Positions 30,101 to 40,046 of a DNA stretch of 64,000 bases are shown here, in pieces. Each line of letters begins with the position of its first letter. Position 1 is the first letter of the stretch. This stretch comes from an uncultured virus (IMG/VR IMGVR_UViG_3300024261_001453). Its lineage: Duplodnaviria > Heunggongvirae > Uroviricota > Caudoviricetes. Under the pieces are notes generated by a model. It worked only from the letters and a program-made list of their open reading frames with translations. It was not told the DNA's origin and did not search any database. Location of the stretch: the IMG/VR virus record IMGVR_UViG_3300024261_001453; one strand, 5' to 3'. Made by a program: the position numbers and the translations under genes.

Positions 30101-31127
30101 AATCAAGAGGTGTATTTGTCATCACCACTGATTCTGCGATTGTTTCCTTATATGATAAGAATTCAATATCAGTTTCGTTAACACCAACTAATGTATTACC
30201 TAATAAATCAAGTAATCCTGTATAATAATCTTGTTCAACTAAATCATTGTTAAATGAACAAAATAGCCCAGTTGAATCTGTATCTCTGTTTATTGATGTT
30301 TCAATAAATATATTTCTTCCGTTTAAGTCTCTGAAATAAGGTATTAAAGATAAACCTTCGTAATAAGAAAGTAAAGTGACATTTCTATCATTAGCAAAAT
30401 TACTAACTTGGTCTTTTACTAAACCAGAAGCGTTGAAATATTCACTCCATCTTGGATCAACTGCTAATTCTTGATAGTTTGACCAGTCTCCAGCAATAAC
30501 AACAACATCAATTAAGTAATCTGATGCAAAATCATTAGCATTTACATAAGTTGGCATTTTCTCAACAGAACCATACCATTCTAGTAATGTTCTATCAAAA
30601 CCATTTAGTTGAGATTTGAACACAAAAGTAGTTATAGGCTTATCCGATAAATTAGTAAGATTAAATGCTCTTTCAGTATATCCTGTGTTATTTTTTGTTA
30701 AGTTGATAAATGATTCGGTATCTCTTTTCCAGAAACCTGTTGTATCAAACATTCTTCTATAAGGTCCTTCTCTCTTTATATCATTCTTGTATTCAGCAGA
30801 AGCAGATAGTGATTTATATTCAATCACATCTAAGTTATCATCTGTTAATAACAAGTTCATAGCATATATAGGAGCAGTCTCTAACATTTTAGCAATCGTT
30901 CTGTGGAAGAAAGAACCTTTTCTTTCTAAATTACGATCTAATTGTCCAAAGATAGCTTCTAAATCTGTTATATTAGTTAGTCTAATCGGTGTGTTAACAG
31001 GTCCTTTTCTGGATACACCCATCACAAGATTGGTAATCCCTTCAACAGTTGGACTGCTGATTACAGACGCGTCAAATTCTTCGATGAAGATTCCTGGTCT
31101 TTTGTATTTTCCAATTTGAATTGCCAT
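27195..31127 (-). CDS. Tail sheath protein (gp18-like), 1310 aa
   Basis: N-terminal PGIFIEEFDAS..., GVSRKGPVNTP; C-terminal PPAS, AG..G, YLNQAQMNPI, SALSYIHVRE, DEENNT.EIID. Confidence 0.92.
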   Translation of the reverse strand: MAIQIGKYKRPGIFIEEFDASVISSPTVEGITNLVMGVSRKGPVNTPIRLTNITDLEAIFGQLDRNLERKGSFFHRTIAKMLETAPIYAMNLLLTDDNLDVIEYKSLSASAEYKNDIKREGPYRRMFDTTGFWKRDTESFINLTKNNTGYTERAFNLTNLSDKPITTFVFKSQLNGFDRTLLEWYGSVEKMPTYVNANDFASDYLIDVVVIAGDWSNYQELAVDPRWSEYFNASGLVKDQVSNFANDRNVTLLSYYEGLSLIPYFRDLNGRNIFIETSINRDTDSTGLFCSFNNDLVEQDYYTGLLDLLGNTLVGVNETDIEFLSYKETIAESVVMTNTPLDLPGNVTAMLGTYSAYGSQASHAFDGPINGSIGPLSSGILENGNNRTGFFGEGSVYNVTRSTPITGSSASLVIEYVTGTNAFAVIGDTHIPVSGTTSLTISASDYTYTSSTASYTSTFVLDATGEVVLVNSLTPNVNPSVNTSDIILGYIDFTVYQGSIDSVTAISSGVTDVTVGDSGTFDYLDFRLGTDYSITDLGSGSLKIEFLGTNTKSDVKNYEQYRRFKMYNRLVNLIDSPNKNKMTMLLDNSMTKVSLGLMTITDIVTSTLENKSFTLNTGLTTVELVNVITDGLLVFYTEDNEFILGTDEVTTTDLVSTPASGVVAKYSNLYGKYYDGVINTKDFFYDNRLYVDNSASATNVLGTTVDISFIDGENATSATSSYAGYDYIVFDSSVASFSDEIDLQTFEQLLFPTSKVNKGTFTIVGNSVEPGDTPNELAVKLGYGILGGTFYAYQVTEEVETETLFSQSIVYNYSSRRHYLKLYLDNDGVLNVQFMDELLLATEAVDIQANNTFYIQSGKTNFKQTVEVELPTGYIQIPNKILIDGSRYTEIKVGDFLEAYYDPTTLAVGEVPRRLTRILSKRQYVGDASLTEISCDSRIATYVFNGDVQTMRYVSVDQYATTYKAITMKGFKVRQASLPDGTEDKQNQVLNLVAKGTPMFKALINKEALDFRYLIDSFGLGLTERSKQQLVDICGDRLDAFGFLNMPSLRSFKNSSSPSFVNSEGTLQVKYVASGGDPESNPAFLYSFGDGAGTTTVGYFTPYVTVNDNGRPLEFPPASFVATTYMRKHISNITSVTPWTIAAGVTNGKITNTSGIEMDFTQEDIEYLNQAQMNPIVFKRNRGYQIETENTAQTLYKSALSYIHVREVLIELERELSRMLLDYQWKFNTPDVRAEIKLRADVICETYVSKNGLYNFFNKMDEENNTSEIIDNQIGVIDTYVEPIKGMGIIVNNITILRTGAINAGGFQNS

Positions 31128-31187
31128 AGTATTATCTTTAATTTTTTGATTTAGTATATATATAAAAAGTAAAAAATGGTATTTTTT

Positions 31188-31748
31188 CTATTTTTGCTCT
31201 TGAGATGAGAGATTTTTTACATGATCCCTCATATCTTGCTCCATTTTAACCATTTTTTCTTTGTGGTCTTTTTCTTTTCCTACTAAATCTTGTTGTATTT
31301 CACTTATTTTGCTGGATCTTTCGGACATTCTATTTTTAATATCACTTATTTTGAATTCAACAGCTTTTTTTGTTTCACTATCCTCTGATAAACCAAGAGA
31401 TTGTTGTAAATCATCTAATTTTATTTTATCATTTGAATTATCATCTTGTGATTTATTTATATCCTTTTCTAACTTAGCTAAGTGTGCATATTCTACTAGA
31501 AAGGGATTTCTATCCTTTCCGCTCTGAACATCTGTCTCACCTAGTATCTTTTCTAGCTCTGGTTTGATATCAGCGCCTTCTTTAGAATATAATGCATCGA
31601 TTTGTGATTTCTTAGTCTTATAGTCTTTCATATTAGACATAATAGTATTCATCTTCTCTTTAGACATAACAACGTCTGGAGTATCAGTATCTCCTATCTC
31701 AAATTCATCAGCTTCTAGAAATAATTTATACTTTTTTAGATATTTCAT
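31188..31748 (-). CDS. Coiled-coil protein with CTS-like N-terminus (MKYLKKYKLFLE)
   Basis: 186-aa charged helical ORF. Confidence 0.75.
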   Translation of the reverse strand: MKYLKKYKLFLEADEFEIGDTDTPDVVMSKEKMNTIMSNMKDYKTKKSQIDALYSKEGADIKPELEKILGETDVQSGKDRNPFLVEYAHLAKLEKDINKSQDDNSNDKIKLDDLQQSLGLSEDSETKKAVEFKISDIKNRMSERSSKISEIQQDLVGKEKDHKEKMVKMEQDMRDHVKNLSSQEQK

Positions 31749-34576
31749 TTTTCTAAATAACCTTTTGCTTTATCAACTGATATATCACCATAAGCATTTT
31801 GTGTTGCTGATGTTGGTAGTAAGTATTGTTCACCGGAACCTTCACCTTCTTTTACATAAAATGTGTATAAATCTTCTATCTTGCCTAAGTCAACTTCTTC
31901 TGTTTTCAGTTCTGAGGAACGTTCTTTAAGAGTAGTTAAATTAATAGATTTCAATTTTAAATTGATACCTTCTTTTAAGAGACCACCTTTAGCATCGAAT
32001 AATTTATTAGATATTCTAGCATAATGTATAGTAGAGTCATTATCATTTAATGATGATGATAAGTCACCTTTCATACCCTTAACATTTTCACCTTTAATAT
32101 ATTTACTGATGTATCCAAATGTTTTTGAATATTTCAAATAAGTAAAATCACTATCACCTGCTATTACTATCATAAAATATGAATTATTTAGGTTAAAAAT
32201 ACAACCAGGTTTATCATTTACCTCTTTAGACTTTTTGAACTCAGCTATTATATTACCTTTTGTTTCATCAGCAACTTCAGCATTTCCTTCAACCTCTTTT
32301 CCACCCGTATAATCTAATTTATTTGAATCAACATCAACTTTGAAGTATTTGCTGATAAATTTATGTTGTGCGCCACCACCTTTTCCACCCGAGGACCTGT
32401 ATAAAGTATCTCCGTCTAACATATCGTTCATAAATTTGAGTAGTACTTTACCACCACCTTCTACTCTACCACTTTTCTTACCTTTATCACTAATTGATGT
32501 TGGTGAAACATTTACCCTATCATCTGCTTTACCAACTTGTATAATAGTCGATTCATCGAATAAAACTGTATATTTTGAATCCTTTATTATATCAAGAACA
32601 GCATCTTCCCATTTGGTGAATATTCTTATGTTTCTATAAGGGCCCATTCCAACTTTAAATCCACTTGATTCAGTATTAACCTCAGGAGATCCACTACCTA
32701 TATACTCATACTCTCTGAATTTTTTATTAGATACTTTACCACCACTTCTACCCGTTGGTATTGTCTGTGATGTGTGTAATTTATAAGCTCTGTTAAATAT
32801 CTTAACAATTTCTAGTATAGGATCAATACCGTTTATTTTATATGTAGTACCCTCTTTCTCCATTTTTACCAACCTCTGTTCCAGATTTTTAGCATCTTGT
32901 TCGGTAACAGACCATTTTCTCAAATATTCTTCACTGAAAAATTTATTCCATGGTATGGATAAATCATATCTATTCTCTTTTTCGATAGATTGATCCTCTT
33001 TTGAAACATCTCCAGATGGTTTATCTTTTGTTGTATCATCAACCACATCTTCACCTTCCGCTTCAAATATTTTTCTGAAACTTTTATATCTTAATAACTT
33101 ACCTTCGTTTTTCTCTACCTTATCCTCTGGTTTTTCATTTTCTGTAACCTCTGGCTCCTGTTCTAAAATAGCACTCATTGTTTCATTAAATGATTTTATT
33201 GAATTTTTCAATGCACCATCTATATCTTTCCCCCATTCATCAATTTCGGTTAAATCTCCTGATTTTGAAACACTATATAAATTTTTAATATGATTACCAA
33301 GTGCCTCACTACCGGATAATAAACTATCTAAATTTTCTGATACTGATGTTTTCTTAATATGATCATATAGGTTTTTAACAGAAGCATATTTTTGCATCAT
33401 TTCCGCGTTACCAGCTGATAATTTATTTTTATTGTCATCAGACATTTTATCATAACTTGATATCAATCCTTGTAATTCTACTAGATTATTAGGATCTTCA
33501 TTCATAAAATTAAATAATGCCTTTGTAGCATTTAGAATAGGTATATTATCTTGCTTTTTATCATCAGTTCCCTCATTTAGTGAGAATTTTCTAAAACTAT
33601 CGTTCATAGACTCGGCATATAATTCGGTATCTGGTACTTTATTCCATGTTTCAGCTTTAGCAACAGATTTTAGAAAACTTTCTCCTTCTTTGGATTTTTT
33701 GAAATCCTCCATAGTACCAGAATTTCCTTTTTCTGACCAAATTTTGTAAGCAACTTCCTGTTTAAATTTCTTTCTAGTATGTTCTCCTGGTTTAAGATTA
33801 GCTCCCTTACCAAGAGCTTTTTGACTTTTTAGCAACTCAGCTAGTTTTTTCTGATAAAGATCTTCACCTTTAACTCCCCATTCAAAATGAACCTGTTCGG
33901 GTTCTTCAACTTCTTTTGGAGCTGGTAATGACCTTACTGATTTAATCTTCTTAAAAGACTCTAATATACTAGATATGGATTTTATATTTGCCATATAAAG
34001 TTGATAAGGTATTTTTTCACCATCAGTTTCCTCATCATCAGTTTCCTCATCATCAGTTTCCTCATCATCAGTTTCCTCCATTTCTTTAAGTTCTGCTAAA
34101 AATTCAGTTAACTTTTCTAAAACTTCTTGTCTATCACCTTCACTTTCATCAGAGTATAATACCACTTCTGTTATTGCATAAATAGTTTCAGTTGTAACTC
34201 TTATTATTTCATCTAAATGATTTTTACCTTCCGCTTCAGGTTCTTTTATTGCTTTTATTAATTTCCCTATTAAAATAGAAATAGACAACATATCAATTTC
34301 TTTATTTGTTGCTTCATCAATCTCAGCTCCGTTTAATTTAGCAGTATCTACTAAATAATCAAATTGTGTTTTTAGTCTTTTAATAACAGAGTCTATTCTA
34401 ACTAAATCTATTCCTATTTGAGCCTTTCTAGCAAATGAGTGTAACATTCTTCCTAATAATGAGTCTCCCCATGCTATATCATTGGCGAATGGTCCTGCTC
34501 CTGAAACAACAGCTTCGTTAACGACTTTATATTTTGCTGACTTTAAGTATTCAGTTCTACTTGATAGATACTTCAT
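31745..34576 (-). CDS. Large charged hypothetical protein, candidate internal head protein
   Basis: 943 aa; late-type ATATATA upstream; internal tag-like segments (FRKFSLNE, LLRYKSFRKIFE). Confidence 0.75.
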   Translation of the reverse strand: MKYLSSRTEYLKSAKYKVVNEAVVSGAGPFANDIAWGDSLLGRMLHSFARKAQIGIDLVRIDSVIKRLKTQFDYLVDTAKLNGAEIDEATNKEIDMLSISILIGKLIKAIKEPEAEGKNHLDEIIRVTTETIYAITEVVLYSDESEGDRQEVLEKLTEFLAELKEMEETDDEETDDEETDDEETDGEKIPYQLYMANIKSISSILESFKKIKSVRSLPAPKEVEEPEQVHFEWGVKGEDLYQKKLAELLKSQKALGKGANLKPGEHTRKKFKQEVAYKIWSEKGNSGTMEDFKKSKEGESFLKSVAKAETWNKVPDTELYAESMNDSFRKFSLNEGTDDKKQDNIPILNATKALFNFMNEDPNNLVELQGLISSYDKMSDDNKNKLSAGNAEMMQKYASVKNLYDHIKKTSVSENLDSLLSGSEALGNHIKNLYSVSKSGDLTEIDEWGKDIDGALKNSIKSFNETMSAILEQEPEVTENEKPEDKVEKNEGKLLRYKSFRKIFEAEGEDVVDDTTKDKPSGDVSKEDQSIEKENRYDLSIPWNKFFSEEYLRKWSVTEQDAKNLEQRLVKMEKEGTTYKINGIDPILEIVKIFNRAYKLHTSQTIPTGRSGGKVSNKKFREYEYIGSGSPEVNTESSGFKVGMGPYRNIRIFTKWEDAVLDIIKDSKYTVLFDESTIIQVGKADDRVNVSPTSISDKGKKSGRVEGGGKVLLKFMNDMLDGDTLYRSSGGKGGGAQHKFISKYFKVDVDSNKLDYTGGKEVEGNAEVADETKGNIIAEFKKSKEVNDKPGCIFNLNNSYFMIVIAGDSDFTYLKYSKTFGYISKYIKGENVKGMKGDLSSSLNDNDSTIHYARISNKLFDAKGGLLKEGINLKLKSINLTTLKERSSELKTEEVDLGKIEDLYTFYVKEGEGSGEQYLLPTSATQNAYGDISVDKAKGYLEK
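34021..34078. repeat. 15-bp tandem repeat x~4 encoding ETDDE
   Basis: catcagtttcctcat repeated. Confidence 0.95.
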
Positions 34577-34647
34577 AAAAGAGTATTATTTTTTATTATA
34601 TATTATTTCTACATACTCTATTTTTATTTTTATTGATATTTATCTAT

Positions 34648-34765
34648 AAAAATTAGGTTTATCAATATATAATTACTATATTGTGTATAGAAACAATAAT
34701 AATGAATTAATAATAAAGAAAAGTAATAAAAAATTAGGTTACTTGGTATATTATCCTTATATTGT
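34648..34765 (+). promoter_or_regulatory. Two tandem early-type promoters AAAAATTAGGTT-N17-TATATTGT
   Basis: Copies at 34648-34684 and 34729-34765 with identical spacing; resemble Bacteroidota -33/-7 elements. Confidence 0.65.
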
Positions 34766-34794
34766 ATTATAATCATTAAATAAAACAAACCACT

Positions 34795-35148
34795 ATGAAA
34801 AACAACATAATTTGCATCGACCTTACTAAATTCAACAACGAGAAACTTAAAGAAGTTTCTAATGAATTAAACTTATCTTATGATATTGTTTTAAACAATA
34901 AGAAAAAGGGATTCGCTAAAATTTACTTAAAAGGTATTGAAGTTATAGCATTCACAACTAAGAAAGATAAAGGAAACATAATCTTTATGGAATCTTTCAA
35001 ACTTGGATTATTATTTATGGATTCTTTCGAATTAACTGATGAGCCAATTCAGTTCGAATTAGATTCAGTTTTAGAAAAAATCACAAAGTATGGAATTGAT
35101 TCTTTGAGTAAAAAAGAGAAATATTACCTTGATAACCTTTCAAAATAA
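34795..35148 (+). CDS. Early protein with C-terminal LD.VLEKI.KYG.DSLS..EK motif (DUF6576-like)
   Basis: Motif resembles the C-terminal tail of Bacteroidota rhomboid proteases; own promoter and terminator. Confidence 0.65.
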   Translation: MKNNIICIDLTKFNNEKLKEVSNELNLSYDIVLNNKKKGFAKIYLKGIEVIAFTTKKDKGNIIFMESFKLGLLFMDSFELTDEPIQFELDSVLEKITKYGIDSLSKKEKYYLDNLSK

Positions 35149-35177
35149 GGAAAAAAACAGGAAATAGTTAATATATT

Positions 35178-35205
35178 AAAAAACCGGGATATTTCCCGGT
35201 TTTTT
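35178..35205 (+). terminator. Intrinsic terminator
   Basis: AAAAAACCGGGA-tatt-TCCCGGTTTTTT. Confidence 0.85.
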
Positions 35206-35317
35206 AATTTTAAATAATTTTTTTTATTTACATAGTCGATTTTATTAAAAAAAAGAGGGCGGTATAATTTTCTATAAAAAATGTCGAATATATAAAGATG
35301 TAAATAATTATTAAATT

Positions 35318-35617
35318 ATGAATTTTCAAGAACTAAAGTATAACGGTAAGACTTATACAGAATACAATCAAATCATTAAAATTATTAAAGAAGAAGGATT
35401 CTATTGGTTAATAGACTCCGAGACTGATGGTGCTATTTTAGAAATAGAGAATAACACTCTTATATGGCACGAAGGTATTTATATGGTTGGTGATTGGGAA
35501 TATGGTATATTCAAAAATGGAGGTTTCTACGGCAATTGGAAAAATGGTATCTGGGAGGATGGATATTTTAAGGGCAATTGGGAAAGTGGAATAAATTTAT
35601 CAAAAAATAATGTTTAG
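35318..35617 (+). CDS. Hypothetical protein with G-x-W/F repeats
   Basis: GDWEYGIFKNGGFYGNWKNGIWEDGYFKGNWESG. Confidence 0.7.
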   Translation: MNFQELKYNGKTYTEYNQIIKIIKEEGFYWLIDSETDGAILEIENNTLIWHEGIYMVGDWEYGIFKNGGFYGNWKNGIWEDGYFKGNWESGINLSKNNV

Positions 35618-36074
35618 TATTATGAGAAGAAAAAAAGATTTACTTAAAGAATTATCAGAAATGACTTATGTTAATGATAAAGTTGTGATTAATAAAGATA
35701 GTGGTGGGTGGTTTTTTGAAATTGGTAAAGAAGTAACAACTGATGTCGCTGAAGCGGCGGTTATTCTTATGAGAGATTTTGGTTATAATCACCCAGTTTG
35801 GGAAACCGATATTATTGATGTTGAAATTGAGGAGCTAACACCTGAGAAAAGTTTGTTTTGGTTAACAGGTGGTTATAAGGAGTGGAGAAGTTTAGAACAT
35901 TATAATAGACCTTGGTGTGATTGTTATTTAGACTTTCAGGAAGAATTTGGATTTTTGATTATAAATATTGTTAAAAAGGCTAATACGATGGGAGATATTA
36001 GAGATGGTTTTATTAGATATTTGAATTTGCCTGTCTTGTATGACTTTGCTATTGGTAAAGATTTTGTGAAATAA
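35610..36074 (+). CDS. Hypothetical protein
   Basis: 154-aa ORF. Confidence 0.7.
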   Translation: MFSIMRRKKDLLKELSEMTYVNDKVVINKDSGGWFFEIGKEVTTDVAEAAVILMRDFGYNHPVWETDIIDVEIEELTPEKSLFWLTGGYKEWRSLEHYNRPWCDCYLDFQEEFGFLIINIVKKANTMGDIRDGFIRYLNLPVLYDFAIGKDFVK

Positions 36075-36077
36075 TAT

Positions 36078-36103
36078 AAAAACCCATCAATTTGATGGGT
36101 TTT
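36078..36103 (+). terminator. Intrinsic terminator
   Basis: AAAAACCCATCAA-t-TTGATGGGTTTT. Confidence 0.8.
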
Positions 36104-36122
36104 CTTTTTTTATATATACAAT

Positions 36123-36359
36123 ATGGAATATAAAAGTGTATGTAGAAACCCTTGGTGTAAAGCACATTTTATCTATAACGATATTGATATACAAGATATT
36201 GATGGTAAGAAATTATCACCAAGTCAGTGTAAAAAGTGTGAAAGTTTTGATAGTGAATTGAGTGGTGGTGTTACTTGGACGGATAAAGAATATGAAGGGC
36301 CTCGGGATGATGGAAAACCTCATGAGATGAGCTATAAAGTAACAAATTTTAAATTATAA
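36123..36359 (+). CDS. Small Zn-binding hypothetical protein
   Basis: CRNPWC...CKKC. Confidence 0.7.
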   Translation: MEYKSVCRNPWCKAHFIYNDIDIQDIDGKKLSPSQCKKCESFDSELSGGVTWTDKEYEGPRDDGKPHEMSYKVTNFKL

Positions 36360-36360
36360 T

Positions 36361-37212
36361 ATGGGTGCTCATTTTTTCGATATAGATGTATTAGTTGATG
36401 TTAATAGTAAGGTTTGGGTTATATCTAAGATAAAACCAGATATTCCTGTTATTAAAATTTCAAAACATGAATTTAAACTCATAAAAAGGGGCATTTATAA
36501 GAAATATAAACAAAACCTTAATATAGGAGGAAAATCATATTGGTTACCAGAAGATTTAATGAATAACCTAAAGGTTAGGTGTAAAAATTTAAAATGTGAT
36601 ATAACAGATTTATCATTTTCGATGCAAGAATTTATGAACCCGTTAGTTATAGATCACTTAGAATTTAAGGTACTGGTTGAACACTTTCAACAATTGAAAA
36701 ATACTAAGGATGATATTTATATTATTTGTTCAAAGAACACAGAAAAGAATTATAAAAAAGTAGTTGATACGTTAATAGAAAAAATGGCTGATTTTGGTTT
36801 GGTTATTAAGGATTTCTATTATTTATCAGAAACATTCTATAATAGAGATAAAGATAATATATCACATACTAAAGTTAAGTTACTATTACAACACTTGATT
36901 GGTTATAGAAGCGAGAGTGATAAATTTATCGATGAGGAAATAACACAATATGATAGAGTTTATTTTTATGATGATGACTCTAGTGTGATTTCATTGGCTA
37001 ATGATTGTAACAAAACATTCGATTTCATTGTTTCAAACACAGAAGATTCAATAAAATCTAACATAAAAGATGTTGTTAAAGAGGATGATAAAATAATTAT
37101 TGTTAATAAAGTAACAAATAATAAAGTAAATCCTTTTATAACCAAGGAGGTTTTAATAGAATGGAGTAATATAAAGAAAACTTTCGAGAGTTTTATCTAC
37201 AAAAGAGATTAA
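36361..37212 (+). CDS. HAD-superfamily-like protein
   Basis: N-terminal FFDID and C-terminal FYDDD motifs. Confidence 0.55.
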   Translation: MGAHFFDIDVLVDVNSKVWVISKIKPDIPVIKISKHEFKLIKRGIYKKYKQNLNIGGKSYWLPEDLMNNLKVRCKNLKCDITDLSFSMQEFMNPLVIDHLEFKVLVEHFQQLKNTKDDIYIICSKNTEKNYKKVVDTLIEKMADFGLVIKDFYYLSETFYNRDKDNISHTKVKLLLQHLIGYRSESDKFIDEEITQYDRVYFYDDDSSVISLANDCNKTFDFIVSNTEDSIKSNIKDVVKEDDKIIIVNKVTNNKVNPFITKEVLIEWSNIKKTFESFIYKRD

Positions 37213-37863
37213 TTATTTCTTTTTCTTATCTTCTTCTTTACCGGTCATCGCCCTTTTAATTAAATCATTCAATTTTCTATTATCCATTACTTCACCACCT
37301 TCATCCTTTACTCCTTCATCGGCAGCGTGAGCGACTTGTGATTTAAGAACATCTGGACTTTCAATATCATTCAAGCCTAAATCGCTTCTTAGTGTTTTGT
37401 AGAATTTTTCAAGATCTGTTCTTTGTGTTGATAGAAATTTAGAATTTTCTCTTATCTGACCAATTGTTTGATTGACAACTTCGTGCATTCTAGCTGAGTT
37501 ATCACCGTTATCTACCTGCCTTAGTTGATTTAAGAAGTTTTTACGAGTCATTTTAGAAAGAAATATAGCCTCGGCATAAACTAAAGCATCTTCCCTCATT
37601 TTTGTTTTTATGTATGAGTGTTCTTTTAATTGTGGTACATCACTTAGATATAAATCTACAAGTGACTCTAAGACTTCCATTGATTGTTGTGATGAAACAC
37701 TTAAATCTGAATCGTAATCATATATCTCTATTTCTCCTAGATCTGGTAAGTCCTCGGGTTTAGCTAAGTGGTCAGATATATCAAAATTGAAATCATTACT
37801 TTCTGACTGAATTTGGTCAAATTCATCTTGTAATCTATTTCTTTCATTCTCACTTTTAGACAT
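37213..37863 (-). CDS. Hypothetical protein, candidate terminase small subunit
   Basis: Helical protein divergent from terL; SARMHEVV resembles gp16-type R.YEV. Confidence 0.45.
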   Translation of the reverse strand: MSKSENERNRLQDEFDQIQSESNDFNFDISDHLAKPEDLPDLGEIEIYDYDSDLSVSSQQSMEVLESLVDLYLSDVPQLKEHSYIKTKMREDALVYAEAIFLSKMTRKNFLNQLRQVDNGDNSARMHEVVNQTIGQIRENSKFLSTQRTDLEKFYKTLRSDLGLNDIESPDVLKSQVAHAADEGVKDEGGEVMDNRKLNDLIKRAMTGKEEDKKKK

Positions 37864-37908
37864 AGAGGTGGTTTTTTACAATATATATAAAAAAAATATG
37901 CTTTCTTT

Positions 37909-40041
37909 ATGGCTAAGGAACAAGTACAGAGACAAATGATATTCACAACCATTCTGGTTGATGATGCTACTGATAAAATAAATGATGGTGTTGTTGTTAA
38001 GAGATACCAGAACCCTTGGCTAAAAAGTGAAGTTGGTTTAAGAAGAGCTGGTGTTACTTTTAAGATGACTACTACTGAACAACAAGAGTATATTAGATGT
38101 GCTTTGGATGTTCACTATTTCACTGAAAAATATTGTAAGGTTAAAACAGAGGACGGTAGTGTAGGTAATATAAAACTTCGAGATTATCAAAAAGATATGA
38201 TGGATAATTTTGTTAATAATAGATTTAATATATTAATGGCATCCAGGCAGGTCGGTAAGACTATATCATCCTCTATTTTTATGTTACATACAATTTTATT
38301 TAATAATGATAAGAATGTGATGATAGTTGCGAATAAAGGTGATACTGCGGTTGAGATTGTTGATAAGATGAAATCTATTTATACTTTATTACCTTTCTTT
38401 CTAAAGCCTGGTATAAAAACCTGGAACCAGAAATCATTAACATTTGAGAATGGGTGTAGGATAAAGACATCTGCTAGAACAAAGACACCTGCGATTGGTT
38501 TTACTATTGATGTTTTATATCTTGATGAGTTTGCTCATATACCATCCAATATTATAGAACCATACTACACGGCTGTATTTCCAACTGTATCAGCAATTAA
38601 GAATTCTAAGATTATAATAACATCAACACCCAATGGTATGAACTTATTCCATAAATTACTTACTGATGGTGAGAGACCAGATGGTGATCCTAGAAGGAAT
38701 AACTTTAAAGCTCATAGGGTTTATTGGTATCAAGTACCGGGTAGGTTTGTTACTTATGTTAGATTGAATGATCATAAATTATATGAACAGGGTATTGATA
38801 AGGAATATATTTTAAAATTTCTTCAAGAAAACCTTGGTGATATTACTAAAGTTGATATGTCTTATAATATTGATTTACAAAAAAATATTATAAGTGTACT
38901 TAATAATGATAAATGCTCTGATGATGATATTAGATCATTGATGATAGTAAATTCAAAGGACGAGGAGATTCCTTTATTTTCTGTTGCTGAGTTAACAACT
39001 TGGAAAGAAGAAGCTATTAAGGATATTGGTGGAGAAGATGCTTTTAACCAAGAGTACGGTTTGAGATTTATCAATGCTAGTAAATCTCTATTAAATGAGT
39101 CTATTATAGATGATTTATTAAAGTCTAAGAAAAATTATATTCATGAGGAAATTTCAGAATTTGAAAAACTTAGATTTAGTTATAATGAATTAAGATGGGT
39201 TGATGATGATGTTTACCTACCATTAATGAGAAAGGATTATAAAATTGTATTATCTGTGGATATCGCCGAGGGTTTAGGACAAGATTATTCAATAATAAAT
39301 ATATTCAGAGTTAATAATAAGACAAAGGAAGTCATAGATAACCAAAAGGCAGCATATACATCAATTGTTGATTTCTTTAAATTAGAACAAATAGGTATAT
39401 ATAGGAGTAATTTAGTATCTGTTAAGCAATTGGCTGAGATTTTATATCTTATTGCCTTTGAGTATTTTAATCCAGATAATGTTAAAGTTGTTTTAGAATT
39501 AAATAATTATGGCAATACATTATTAGCTGAGCTACCACATGTTTTTGAGGGTAATAATGATTATGGTTCTTCTATTTTTGTTAGATATAAACATAGAGCT
39601 GATGCTAACGAAGAGAAGGTTGGGTTAAAAGTTGGAGAAAATAAAAATTTATTGGTTAAGGATTATCAAGACTTAATGATATCTAAGGGATTCTCAATTA
39701 ATAATGAGGAAACAATTAGAGAGATAACAACCTTTGTTAAACACACAACAACTGCTGGTAATACCAGATATGCTGCTGATGTAGGTCATGATGATTGCGT
39801 TATGACTATTGTTAACTCAACATCTATATTTAAAAAGAGTGAATTTCGTGAAATGGTTGAGGAATGGTCGAGTAAATTTACAGATAGAGATCTTATGTCT
39901 TATATAAATGGGTGCTTGAAAAACTTTGATTATGTTGAGGGTGTGGATTATGGACAAGTACTAAAGGTTAGAAGAAATTTCCAAAATCGTAATAAGAATA
40001 CTGGATTAGATAATAACATTGGTACTTGGTTTGGTCAATAA
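37909..40041 (+). CDS. terL: Terminase large subunit (gp17-like)
   Basis: LRDYQ, ASRQVGKT Walker A, LYLDEFAH Walker B, ITSTPNG, VDIAEGLGQDYS, HDDCVM. Confidence 0.96.
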   Translation: MAKEQVQRQMIFTTILVDDATDKINDGVVVKRYQNPWLKSEVGLRRAGVTFKMTTTEQQEYIRCALDVHYFTEKYCKVKTEDGSVGNIKLRDYQKDMMDNFVNNRFNILMASRQVGKTISSSIFMLHTILFNNDKNVMIVANKGDTAVEIVDKMKSIYTLLPFFLKPGIKTWNQKSLTFENGCRIKTSARTKTPAIGFTIDVLYLDEFAHIPSNIIEPYYTAVFPTVSAIKNSKIIITSTPNGMNLFHKLLTDGERPDGDPRRNNFKAHRVYWYQVPGRFVTYVRLNDHKLYEQGIDKEYILKFLQENLGDITKVDMSYNIDLQKNIISVLNNDKCSDDDIRSLMIVNSKDEEIPLFSVAELTTWKEEAIKDIGGEDAFNQEYGLRFINASKSLLNESIIDDLLKSKKNYIHEEISEFEKLRFSYNELRWVDDDVYLPLMRKDYKIVLSVDIAEGLGQDYSIINIFRVNNKTKEVIDNQKAAYTSIVDFFKLEQIGIYRSNLVSVKQLAEILYLIAFEYFNPDNVKVVLELNNYGNTLLAELPHVFEGNNDYGSSIFVRYKHRADANEEKVGLKVGENKNLLVKDYQDLMISKGFSINNEETIREITTFVKHTTTAGNTRYAADVGHDDCVMTIVNSTSIFKKSEFREMVEEWSSKFTDRDLMSYINGCLKNFDYVEGVDYGQVLKVRRNFQNRNKNTGLDNNIGTWFGQ

Positions 40042-40046
40042 AAATA

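Noticed and set aside
38746..39000. Intein or intron in terL
   Set aside because: No intein splice residues, no endonuclease motifs and no frame break; kept only as a domain insertion.
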